Shown here piece by piece: positions 50,201-59,035 of a stretch of DNA of 64,000 nt; positions within the stretch are counted from its first letter, which is position 1, and each line of letters starts with the position of its first letter. The DNA is taken from positions 2,367,557 to 2,431,556 of the forward strand of contig OZ241376.1 in assembly GCA_965200705.1 (NCBI GenBank), given 5' to 3'. The position numbers were made by a program, and so were the translations under genes. This DNA is from Bryobacterales bacterium (GTDB lineage Bacteria > Acidobacteriota > Terriglobia > Bryobacterales > UBA6623). Below the pieces are notes generated by a model. The model did no database searches. It was not told the origin of the DNA and saw only the letters and a program-made list of their open reading frames with translations.

Positions 50201-53200
50201 ATGCGACATTCGATTCATTCGCTGGGCGGGGTGATCATCCGATCGCTTGCGACTATGGCAATCCTGCTGGCGGTCGCCGGCTTGGCCCTGGCCCAGGATC
50301 AGGGCCGACTCACGGGAACGGTGGCAGACGACTCGGGAGCGGTCATCCCGGGTGCACCAGTTGCGGCACGCAACGTCGCGACGGGCGTCGTGCAGACTGT
50401 CGAAAGCAATGAGAACGGCGTGTACGCGTTCTCGTACATGGCGCCCGGCGACTACGAGGTCACGGTCGAGTACCCGGGCTTCAAGAGTGCGCGGACAATG
50501 GTGACCGTCGAGACCGGGTACGCGCGCACGGCGAACTTCGCTCTGGAGATTGGCGAGGTCACCGAGGTCGTGACCGTCGAGGCCACGACGCCGCTCCTGG
50601 AATCCACGACCTCCTCGGTCGGCCAGTTCATCGAGCGCGAAACTGTGTTCAACATGCCGCTGCAGAGCCGGCGCAGCGCCTCGCTTGTCCGGTTGATGGG
50701 CAACATCTCGTTCCGCTCCGAGGACGGCGGGGAGCAGGTGCCCAAGTTCTCGATGGCTGGCGGACGATCCCAGAACCAGATGTGGACCTTGGACGGCTCA
50801 GTTGTCCAGAACATGGCGATCGGCACCCAGCAGCTCGCCCTGAACCCGCCGGCGGAGTCCCTACAGGAGTTCAAGGCGGAGATGAACAACTACTCCGCCG
50901 AGTACGGACGAGCCGGTGGCGGGTTCATCGTCATGACAACTCGCAGCGGCACCAACGACCTGCACGGCGCGGCCTACGAGTTCTTCCGCAACGACGCGAT
51001 GGACGCCCGGCCGTTCTTTGCTCGGGATCTGGCTCCGTTGCGCTACAACATCTTTGGCACCTCGCTGGGTGGCCCGATCGCCAAGAACAAGGCGTTCTTT
51101 TTTTTCAACTACGAAGGGGCTAGGCGACGGGACGGCGTTACGTACTCCAACGACGACGTGCCGCACCCGATTGAGACCACGGGCGACTTCTCGAATCGGG
51201 CCGGCCTGACGCTGATGGATCCGATCGCGGGAGTCCCTTTCGACGACAACACGATCCCGCAGTCACGCATCGATCCGCTCGCCCGGCAGATCGTCACGCT
51301 CTACCCCGCGCCCAACGTGTCGGGTGATCTGTCCCGAGCGCCAGCGAACAACTTCGTGAACAACGCCTCGAATGGACTCGACCAGAACTTCTTCACCGGC
51401 AAGTGGGACCAGAACATCGACGAGAACGACCGGCTGTCGGTCCGGTTCATGTACGTGGAGGCTCCGCAGAACATTCCGGCCGTGTACCCGAACGACTTCG
51501 CCGACCCACGGGCGGGGATCCGCAAGAACCGCCACCACAACACGACGGTCAACTGGATCCACAACTTCTCCCCGACCGTGATCAACGAGTTCCGGTTCAA
51601 CTGGGGGGACCGGCTGCACATCAACCGCTCCGCAGCGCGGAACTCGGGCAAGAACGGCGAGTTCGGGATCGCCGGGGTGAACCCCGAGTCGTTTGCGCGG
51701 ATCAGCGTCAACGGCCTGACCCGGCTCGTTCCGGGCAACCAGGAGCGGATCCAGACCCCCATCCGGACGATCGAGCTCGTCGAGAACCAGACCATCGTGC
51801 GCGGCGCCCACCAGCTCAAGTACGGGTTCACGTGGCGCTACTCGCGCAACATTGATGACCAGAACAACCAGACCGGGGGAGTCTTCAACTTCGGTAACCG
51901 TGCGACGGGGGTTGGACTCGCCGAGCTGCTGCTGGGCCATGTCGGGTCCGCTTCGATCAACGACGCCGACATTCTGGACCGTCGGACCGACTACTTCGGG
52001 TTCTTCGTCCAGGACGACTGGCGGGCGACCTCGAAGCTGACCCTGAACTTTGGCTTGCGCTACGAGGTCGACACGCCGCTGTGGGACAAGAACAACCGCC
52101 TGAACGGCTTCGACTTCGACCAGACCAATCCGGTCTCGGGCGTGCCGGGCGTGGTTACGTTCTTCGGCCGTGACGGGCTGGACAAGTACTCGCACGACTT
52201 CTACCTCGGCGCGTGGGGCCCGCGGGTCGGTGTTGCGTACCAGCTCACCCCGAAGACCGTCATCCGCAGCGGGTACGGCATCAACTACTACGGGGCGTAC
52301 CGTGGCGCCGTGCCGAACGCCTTCTCGCTCGGATTCAGCACGCAGGGCAGCTTCACGTCGCCGGACGGCGGGTTCACCCGGGCGCTCACCTTCGCGGACG
52401 GCATGCCCGCCACGGAGGCCGCGGAGCTCGGACCGGCGTTCGGGGCGGTGGAGCTTGGCCAGCGGCCCTCCGTGTCGCCGCAGTTCTTCCGCCGGGGGCA
52501 TCGCAGCGCGATGGTCCAGCAGTGGAACCTCGGCATCCAGCATCAGCTGCCGAAGGACGTTCTGATCGAGACGAGCTACATGGCCAACATGGGCCACCGG
52601 CTCGGTGGCGCCAACGTCAACTGGAACGTCATTCCGCTGGTTGGCGGACAGGGCCCGGCGCGGCAGGCCCAGAGCCTGCGCAGGTTCCCGATCTTCAACG
52701 GTGTCAGCCAGCGATCGGCGGACTGGGGCAACTCCTCCTACCATTCGGGCAACCTCAAGGTGGAGAAGCGCTACTCGGCGGGGTTCAACATGCTCATGAA
52801 CTACACGTGGGCGAAGTATCTCGACGATGTGGAGGGCGGCTCGGAGCTGTCGGAGTTCCAGGGCAACCGCAACACCCATCCCGAGCTGCGGCACCTCGAC
52901 CGAGGCTACTCCGGCAGCGACATTCGCCACCGGCTGGCCCTCAGCGCGGTCTACGAGCTGCCGTTCGGGAAGGGTCGGCAGTTCCAGTTCAGCAACGGCG
53001 TCCTCGAGGCGATCGCTGGCGGTTGGGGGCTCGGAGTGATCACCGAGTTCCGGACTGGCTCACCCTTCGTGGTCGTTGAGAACACCAACCGGAGCAACAC
53101 CTTCGCGGCGGCGCAGCGGTCGAACATCCTGGGCGACCCAGAGCAGCAGTCGCAATGGCGAGACAATGTCAAGGGCGAGACGTTCTTCGACACGAGCTTG

Positions 53201-53476
53201 TTCGCGGCTCCTGGCGACGGCATCGTGGGGTCCGCCCCGTCGTCGATCTGCTGTGGACCTGGTCTCGCCAACGTCGACTTCACGGTCCACAAGTGGTTCG
53301 ACATCACCGAGCGGGTGCGGCTGCAGTTCCGCGGGGACTTCTACAACTTCCCCAACCATCCGCAGTTCGCGAACCCCGAGGAGCGGCGCGGCCGTGGCGG
53401 CTTCGGGCGCATCGCGAGCACGCTGCGCGGCACGGGTGGCCGGGTGTCGCAGCTCTCGCTGCGCGTGGAGTTCTAG
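50201..53476 (+). CDS. Oar-like TonB-dependent receptor with CarboxypepD_reg domain (1091 aa)
   Basis: Signal peptide, GRLTGTVADDSGAVIPGAPV, ENGVYAFSYMAPGDYEVTV, TVEATTPLLES, C-terminal QLSLRVEF. Confidence 0.9.
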   Translation: MRHSIHSLGGVIIRSLATMAILLAVAGLALAQDQGRLTGTVADDSGAVIPGAPVAARNVATGVVQTVESNENGVYAFSYMAPGDYEVTVEYPGFKSARTMVTVETGYARTANFALEIGEVTEVVTVEATTPLLESTTSSVGQFIERETVFNMPLQSRRSASLVRLMGNISFRSEDGGEQVPKFSMAGGRSQNQMWTLDGSVVQNMAIGTQQLALNPPAESLQEFKAEMNNYSAEYGRAGGGFIVMTTRSGTNDLHGAAYEFFRNDAMDARPFFARDLAPLRYNIFGTSLGGPIAKNKAFFFFNYEGARRRDGVTYSNDDVPHPIETTGDFSNRAGLTLMDPIAGVPFDDNTIPQSRIDPLARQIVTLYPAPNVSGDLSRAPANNFVNNASNGLDQNFFTGKWDQNIDENDRLSVRFMYVEAPQNIPAVYPNDFADPRAGIRKNRHHNTTVNWIHNFSPTVINEFRFNWGDRLHINRSAARNSGKNGEFGIAGVNPESFARISVNGLTRLVPGNQERIQTPIRTIELVENQTIVRGAHQLKYGFTWRYSRNIDDQNNQTGGVFNFGNRATGVGLAELLLGHVGSASINDADILDRRTDYFGFFVQDDWRATSKLTLNFGLRYEVDTPLWDKNNRLNGFDFDQTNPVSGVPGVVTFFGRDGLDKYSHDFYLGAWGPRVGVAYQLTPKTVIRSGYGINYYGAYRGAVPNAFSLGFSTQGSFTSPDGGFTRALTFADGMPATEAAELGPAFGAVELGQRPSVSPQFFRRGHRSAMVQQWNLGIQHQLPKDVLIETSYMANMGHRLGGANVNWNVIPLVGGQGPARQAQSLRRFPIFNGVSQRSADWGNSSYHSGNLKVEKRYSAGFNMLMNYTWAKYLDDVEGGSELSEFQGNRNTHPELRHLDRGYSGSDIRHRLALSAVYELPFGKGRQFQFSNGVLEAIAGGWGLGVITEFRTGSPFVVVENTNRSNTFAAAQRSNILGDPEQQSQWRDNVKGETFFDTSLFAAPGDGIVGSAPSSICCGPGLANVDFTVHKWFDITERVRLQFRGDFYNFPNHPQFANPEERRGRGGFGRIASTLRGTGGRVSQLSLRVEF

Positions 53477-53500
53477 ACCGGCCGCGCGGCCGCTACTTCC

Positions 53501-53525
53501 GGGCCGCCGGCATCGCCGGCGGCCC
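53501..53525 (+). terminator. GC-rich hairpin 25 nt after the receptor stop (candidate intrinsic terminator without U-tract)
   Basis: GGGCCGCCGGC-atc-GCCGGCGGCCC, a perfect 11-bp stem. Confidence 0.35.
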
Positions 53526-53574
53526 GCGCTAGCTCTGCCCGATGGCAAGTGCCCTATCTGGCGTTCCAGGCAGC

Positions 53575-53601
53575 CGGCCTAGTCCGGGACGGACTAGGCC
53601 G
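53575..53601 (+). terminator. Second perfect hairpin downstream of the receptor gene
   Basis: CGGCCTAGTCCG-gga-CGGACTAGGCCG, a 12-bp stem. No U-tract follows. Confidence 0.3.
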
Positions 53602-53650
53602 CCGTGAGCTAGACACCGCTGGGGAATGGCACAGGCAGGCGTCCTCGTCT

Positions 53651-54557
53651 TAGCCCAAGTTTGCCACACCATTTCATAAGTCGTTTGTAATGAGCACATT
53701 GCGGTCGTTAAATCAGGCATGTGGCACTACATTCCGTGCATTTTCCCTTCGTCGCCTGGGCTGGACGACCAGCTTGCGGACCCCGCCCGGCGAGGCGTCC
53801 ACGCCCAGCCGCTCGTAGATCGCCCGCTGCCAGAACTCGGCCCGCGTCGCCTTGGGCACGTGCAGCATGCGTCCGTCCGCCTGGCGGAAGACCGCGGTCA
53901 CCCGCTGCTGGCCCGCCAAGCGACGGCGCGCTCGGAGGCCGGCGCGGCCATGCGGCCGACGAGGCTGCCGAGGACGGCGGCGCGCTGCGGACCGGACAGG
54001 CCCAGCTCCTCGAGCAGGGACGGCGGACGGAGCTGCCGCATGGCCCACAGGGCGACGTGCTCGACGCCGACCGAGCGCGGGCGGACCAGCTCCAGGGAGT
54101 CGACGTCGACTCGCGGCAGAGCGGCCGCCGGGTCGTCGGCGCCGTCGGCCGGGGCCGCCGGGCCCACGGGGGAGACGCCGGCCTGCACCAGCTGGGCGGC
54201 GCTGCGCTGGGCCTCGTTCTCGACCGCGGGGGAGCAGGCCCCGAGCTCGAGGGAGCGCTGGGGGGGGGGGGGGCGAGGATGCGCTCTACGCTGGCGCACC
54301 CTGGAGCCGCAGCGGACGGAGCGGACGAGGCGCTGGGTGAAGTGGGGCTCCTGGCCCCTGGCGCGGGGAAGGGTGGGGGTCCGGCGGACGAACAGGCTCC
54401 GATGGGAGCAGGCCCTGGGACGGGAGTCAGGGAATTGCAAGTTGCTGTGGCACTGCATTGGGGGTTTCCGGAGGCTGGCCGTTGAAAACCAACGACTTGC
54501 AGCGCAAAACACGCCGAATTCGGCCAAAATCGCTCCTCGCTTGGCGAACTTGGGCTA
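53651..54557 (-). mobile_element. IS4/IS1634-like insertion sequence, copy C (about 0.9 kb, catalytic core deleted)
   Basis: Same termini (TAGCCCAAGTTTGCCACACC ... GGCGAACTTGGGCTA). It keeps the N-terminal segment VDVDSLELVRPRSVGVEHVALWAMRQL..LLEELGLSGPQRAAVLGSLVGRMAAPASERA, which A and B lack, but then jumps to the C-terminal RVTAVFRQADGRMLHV tail. Confidence 0.75.
54260..54273. repeat. Poly-G tract (14 nt) inside IS copy C; the same site is 8 nt in copy B (48836-48843) and 6 nt in copy A (14528-14533)
   Basis: Counted directly in the three copies. The flanks are conserved (GCGAGGATGCGCTC on one side). Confidence 0.9.
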
Positions 54558-54609
54558 GGAGGGCTCGCCAACGGCGGCCCGCGGCGTACCTAGAATAGGG
54601 CGGGCGGCG

Positions 54610-55908
54610 TTGCCGCCAGTCCAGGCCGTGGCCCGAGTGGTCTTCAACGCCGTTTCGAAGCACTTCGGGCAACGCGCATCGCAGCGACTCAGGAATCTTG
54701 TCTGGCCCACTTCCGAACCTCGCCAAGATGGAACCTGGGCGCTGCGCGACGTCTCGTTCGAGGCGGAGACTGGCGAGACCCTGTGCCTCGTCGGGGCCAA
54801 CGGCTCCGGCAAAAGCACCGCGCTCCAGTTGGCTGCCGGCATTCTCGAGCCCACCAGCGGAACCGTCGCGGTCGAGGGCCGGCTGGCCGCGCTGCTCGAA
54901 CTCGGAGCCGGATTCCATCCCGAGTTCACGGGCCGCGAGAACGCCAAGCTGAGTGCGGCCTTGTTCGGCCTCTCCGCTCGAGAGACGCGCGTGCGGTTCC
55001 CGGAAATTGAGGAGCTGGCTGAGATTGGGGGCTTCATGGACCGTCCCGTCAAGAGCTACTCCTCGGGCATGATCGTGCGACTTGCCTTCGCCGTCGCAGT
55101 GAGCGTGGAGCCCGAGGTGCTGCTTGTTGACGAAGCGCTCGCCGTTGGCGACTACTACTTCCGTCAGCGCTGCATGCGGCGTGTGCACGCGCTGCGTCAG
55201 CGTCAGGTAACGATTCTCTTCGTGTCGCACTCCATGGCCGACGTGCAGGCGCTCGGCACCCGTGCACTTTGGCTGGACCACGGTCGGGTCGAGGCGGAGG
55301 GCGAGCCGTCGGCAATCGCACGCCAGTATCTGGCCCGCATGACCGAACGGGTCCGCGACTCCGGGGTCACGCCCGCACCGGAGCCTCGGCTGTCGGTCGC
55401 CGCTGCCGCTGTTCCGAACACCGACCGGCGGTTCGGCGACGGAAGGGCGCGAGTCACGGGCATCTCTCTGCTGAATGCCGATGGACGGCCCGCAGACTCC
55501 CTGCTGCCTTCGCGTCCAGCGACCGTACGAATTGAAGTTGCCGCTCGAGAGCGCATCGCAACGCCGATAGTGGGATTCATGATGCGCAACCACTTGGGCA
55601 TTGACTTCGCGGGCACGAACACGATGCGCGAGGGCGTGCGACTCGAACCGCTCGAGTCTGGAGATGTTCGTGCCGTGGACTTCCACGTGGACATGCCGGA
55701 GCTTTACGCTGGATCGTTTTCGTTCTCGCCGGCAGTGGCGGACGGGGAGCTCGAGCAGTACGAGATCTGCGACTGGATCGAGGACGCGCTGGTACTGCCG
55801 ATGGCGCGTGGCGACGGGGAGGTCTATGGGTACCTGCACCTGCCCTGCCGCGTCGAGGTCGGAGACGGTCGCACGAGCCGCGTCCCGTCGGTGACGGTGG
55901 ACCGATGA
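54610..55908 (+). CDS. Polysaccharide export ABC transporter ATP-binding protein (Wzt/TagH-like) with C-terminal extension domain
   Basis: Walker A GANGSGKST, signature YSSGM, Walker B LLVDEAL, plus a C-terminal domain of about 180 aa. The start is TTG at 54610 or GTG at 54628. Confidence 0.88.
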   Translation: MPPVQAVARVVFNAVSKHFGQRASQRLRNLVWPTSEPRQDGTWALRDVSFEAETGETLCLVGANGSGKSTALQLAAGILEPTSGTVAVEGRLAALLELGAGFHPEFTGRENAKLSAALFGLSARETRVRFPEIEELAEIGGFMDRPVKSYSSGMIVRLAFAVAVSVEPEVLLVDEALAVGDYYFRQRCMRRVHALRQRQVTILFVSHSMADVQALGTRALWLDHGRVEAEGEPSAIARQYLARMTERVRDSGVTPAPEPRLSVAAAAVPNTDRRFGDGRARVTGISLLNADGRPADSLLPSRPATVRIEVAARERIATPIVGFMMRNHLGIDFAGTNTMREGVRLEPLESGDVRAVDFHVDMPELYAGSFSFSPAVADGELEQYEICDWIEDALVLPMARGDGEVYGYLHLPCRVEVGDGRTSRVPSVTVDR

Positions 55909-58277
55909 AGCGCTTGGCAGCCCTACTCGGCGCGCTGGCGGCGCTCGTGTTCCTCCTGTTCGGAGCGCCTGTGGCAATGGCGCTTGTGGTGTTGACCCTG
56001 CTCTGCGCCGACTGCGTGTCGGTGTTCGGTCGCAGCCGGCCGACCCTGCCCCGCAAGCCGTCGACTAAGGCGGCCAGCGTCGTCATCCCGACGTGGAATG
56101 GCAAACACCACCTGGAGTGCACGTTGCCGGCGCTGGAGGAAGCCGTGCGCGGCGGCGACCACGAAATCATCGTCATCGACAACGCGTCAGAGGACGGCAC
56201 GGTCGAGTACCTGGCCCGCGAACACCCGACCATTCGCGTCGCGGAAATGGGCTCCAACCTCGGGTTCGGTCGGGCCTGCAACGCGGGCCTCGGGCTGGCG
56301 CGACACGATGTCGTTGTCTTGCTCAACAACGACATGCGCGTCGAGCCGGACTTCCTGCAGCCCTTGCTGGACGGGTTCCAGGACCCTCGCGTGTTCGCGG
56401 TGACAAGCCAAATCTACTTCGAGGACACCGGCAGAGTCCGCGAGGAGACGGGCCTGACATCGGGATCCTGGCAGCGGGGGCGGCTGCAAATCCGCCACGT
56501 GGTGGATCGGGAGGTCGACGAGTTGTTCCCCGCCTTCTACGCCGGCGGCGGCTCGTCGGCCTTTGACCGTCCGAAGGTGCTCGAGCTCGGCGGGTTCGAC
56601 GAGATCCTCGCACCGTTCTACGTGGAGGACGTGGATCTGTCCTACTTGGCTTGGAAGCGGGGCTGGGTGGTCCTGTACGCGCCGGCAAGTGTTGTGCACC
56701 ACCAGCACCGAGGCACGATCGGTCGCCACTTCGATCCGACGTACGTCGAACGTGTGCTGCAGAAGAATCGGCTGCTTTTCGTCTGGAAGAACATCCATTC
56801 CTGGGGACGTCTGTTCGCGCACTTCGGCTGGCTCTATGTCGACCTTTGGGCGACATACCTCACCGGCCCGCATCTGGAGAGACCAGGACTGGCTTCGTTG
56901 GTCATGGCGCTGCGGCAGTTGCTTCGTCTCGGTGGTCGTCGGATCGCCTCTAGGCGCTTGGCCGAGGTCTCTGACGACGAGGCGCTGCGCCGACCTCTTC
57001 CCGGGTTCTTCCGCGACCGCTACCACCGCCTCGAGGCCCGCCCCGAAGGCGAGGTCCGGGTACTGTTCGTGTCCCCCTACGCCATCGATCCGCCACGGCA
57101 CGGTGGCGCCGTGTTCATGAAGCAGGTCACGCATGGGCTGGCCACTCGCAGTCGGCTCCACCTGCAGTGCCTCGTGGAGTCCGAGGCCGAGCAGGTGGCC
57201 CAGCAAGCACTTGCCGATCGATGTGCAAGGGCCGAGATCGTGCAGTTCGATCCGTCAGTGGCACGTCGCGCGCCGCTGTCGTGGCCGCACGCTGCGCGGA
57301 CCTACTGGGATCAGGATCTGCGCTGGAGGATTCATCGCACGATCCTGCTCAACCGCATCGACATCGTGCAGCTCGAGTACGCGCAGCTGGCCTCTTATGG
57401 CGAGCGTTTCAACCAGATCGTGTGCTGCCTCTTCGAGCACGACCTGCACTTCCAGGCTGTGCAGCGCGGCACGGGCGGCAAGGGGGCCCTGCGCGGTGCG
57501 CTGCGGTTCTACGAGTACCTGCGCGCACTGCGCTTCGAACTGAGGGCACTGGCGCGCATCGATGCCGTCCAGGTCTGCAGCGCGGACCAGAGACGCCTGC
57601 TGCGTGGGCTGCTGGGCGAACATCCCCCCGTGCATGACGACCTTCGGACTGCGATTGACGTGGACAGCTATCCGTATCGGGTTGGAGGGCGCGAGCCCGG
57701 CACCCTCCTGTTCGTCGGCAACTTCCGCCATCCTCCCAACGTCGAGGCCTTGGAGTACCTGCTGGACGAGGTCATGCCTGTCCTTCGCAAGCGACGTCCC
57801 GACGCCCGCCTCGTAGTCGGTGGCGATGGTGCGCCCGCCCACCTGCATGCGGCGCTCGGGGGCGACGGCGTCGAGCACATTGGTCCCTTTGACGACATTC
57901 GGAACGTTCTCGGGAAGTACGCGGTCTTCGTTGCGCCGATTCTCTCCGGCTCGGGTGTGCGAGTCAAGATCCTCGAGGCGTTCGCGTGCGGCATACCAGT
58001 CGTCTCGACGACGCTTGGCGCGGAGGGGCTGGCGCGTCCCGAAGACGGCCTGGCAGCGATCGCTGATCGCCCGACTGACTTCGCCGATGCGGTAGCCGCC
58101 TTGCTGGACGACGAAGGCCAAGGCAGCGCGATGGCACGTGAGGCGCGCCTCGCCGTCGAGAAGCGCTGGCATGGCGCGGAGACCGCCCCCAAGCTTCTCG
58201 CGCACTACCACGCCGTCCTCGAGACCAAGCTCCTCTCGCGCCCCGCCCAGCCGCTTCCGATGCGCCTCGACGGTTGA
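55905..58277 (+). CDS. Bifunctional glycosyltransferase (N-terminal GT2, C-terminal GT4/GT1-type)
   Basis: SVVIPTWNG...IIVIDNASEDGT (GT2), then GSGVRVKILEAFACGIPVVSTTLGAEG (GT4). The ATG overlaps the wzt stop (ATGA). Confidence 0.88.
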   Translation: MKRLAALLGALAALVFLLFGAPVAMALVVLTLLCADCVSVFGRSRPTLPRKPSTKAASVVIPTWNGKHHLECTLPALEEAVRGGDHEIIVIDNASEDGTVEYLAREHPTIRVAEMGSNLGFGRACNAGLGLARHDVVVLLNNDMRVEPDFLQPLLDGFQDPRVFAVTSQIYFEDTGRVREETGLTSGSWQRGRLQIRHVVDREVDELFPAFYAGGGSSAFDRPKVLELGGFDEILAPFYVEDVDLSYLAWKRGWVVLYAPASVVHHQHRGTIGRHFDPTYVERVLQKNRLLFVWKNIHSWGRLFAHFGWLYVDLWATYLTGPHLERPGLASLVMALRQLLRLGGRRIASRRLAEVSDDEALRRPLPGFFRDRYHRLEARPEGEVRVLFVSPYAIDPPRHGGAVFMKQVTHGLATRSRLHLQCLVESEAEQVAQQALADRCARAEIVQFDPSVARRAPLSWPHAARTYWDQDLRWRIHRTILLNRIDIVQLEYAQLASYGERFNQIVCCLFEHDLHFQAVQRGTGGKGALRGALRFYEYLRALRFELRALARIDAVQVCSADQRRLLRGLLGEHPPVHDDLRTAIDVDSYPYRVGGREPGTLLFVGNFRHPPNVEALEYLLDEVMPVLRKRRPDARLVVGGDGAPAHLHAALGGDGVEHIGPFDDIRNVLGKYAVFVAPILSGSGVRVKILEAFACGIPVVSTTLGAEGLARPEDGLAAIADRPTDFADAVAALLDDEGQGSAMAREARLAVEKRWHGAETAPKLLAHYHAVLETKLLSRPAQPLPMRLDG

Positions 58278-58663
58278 GCGGCACCGCAGGAACTGCCACG
58301 ATGGTTGCCGGATCTGCCCCGATGGCCCATCGCGAGTCCGAGCACCTGATCGCCCTTTGCACTTGCCCGCCCAATCGCGCCGCGGACATTGCGCGCCGAC
58401 TGGTCGAGTCCGGCTCCTGTGCCTGCGTCAACATCGTGCCCGGGCTGAGGTCCATCTACGCCTGGAAGGGGCAGATCGAGGACGACGCCGAGTCGCTTCT
58501 CGTCATCAAGACTAGGGCTGACCGCTTTGACCAGCTTGAGCAGGTCGTCCGGGCCGTCCATCCTTACGATGTGTTTGAGCTTGTGGCCACCGCCATCGAC
58601 CGCGGATCCCAGGAGTACCTACAGTGGATCGACATCTCCGTGCAGGCAGTCGGCCACGGCTAG
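58274..58663 (+). CDS. cutA: Divalent-cation tolerance protein CutA
   Basis: VESGSCACVNIVPGLRSIYAWKGQIEDDAE..LVIKT, HPYDVFELV. The start is uncertain; ATGs at 58301 and 58322 are alternatives. Confidence 0.85.
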   Translation: MSGTAGTATMVAGSAPMAHRESEHLIALCTCPPNRAADIARRLVESGSCACVNIVPGLRSIYAWKGQIEDDAESLLVIKTRADRFDQLEQVVRAVHPYDVFELVATAIDRGSQEYLQWIDISVQAVGHG

Positions 58664-58727
58664 CGGACCGCTCCAGTCGGCGGTTCGGGCGGCCAGTCAC
58701 TTTGTTAAAATTGCGGGCGAAGCAGCG

Positions 58728-59033
58728 ATGAGCGAAACCACTAAGGCCGCTCCCGCGGCAGAGACAGAAGCTCCCGAGCCGGAACCGAAGAACCTGGTTG
58801 CGCGGCTCTCGGATGGCACGTTCGTGAAGCGGCGGATTCTGCGCCAGCGAGCGTGCGACGAGCCCGCCGGGAAGAAGATCTGCGCCGGTCATTTGAAGCG
58901 CTGGTATGGATTCGGCGAGGAGCTTGTCAGCCGGTTCGGCCAGTCTGTCGAAGTCTACCGCTGCGAGAAGTGCCAGATTCTCTACCTGCCGAACGAGAAT
59001 GAGGCGCCGCGGACTGGCACGCTGGCCTTCTAG
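58728..59033 (+). CDS. Small hypothetical Cys-rich (zinc-ribbon-like) protein, 101 aa
   Basis: MSETTKAAP...[13 protein letters not shown]...[10 protein letters not shown]. It ends 2 nt before the mutase start. The ORF track start 58527 overlaps cutA. Confidence 0.5.
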   Translation: MSETTKAAPAAETEAPEPEPKNLVARLSDGTFVKRRILRQRACDEPAGKKICAGHLKRWYGFGEELVSRFGQSVEVYRCEKCQILYLPNENEAPRTGTLAF

Positions 59034-59035
59034 GC

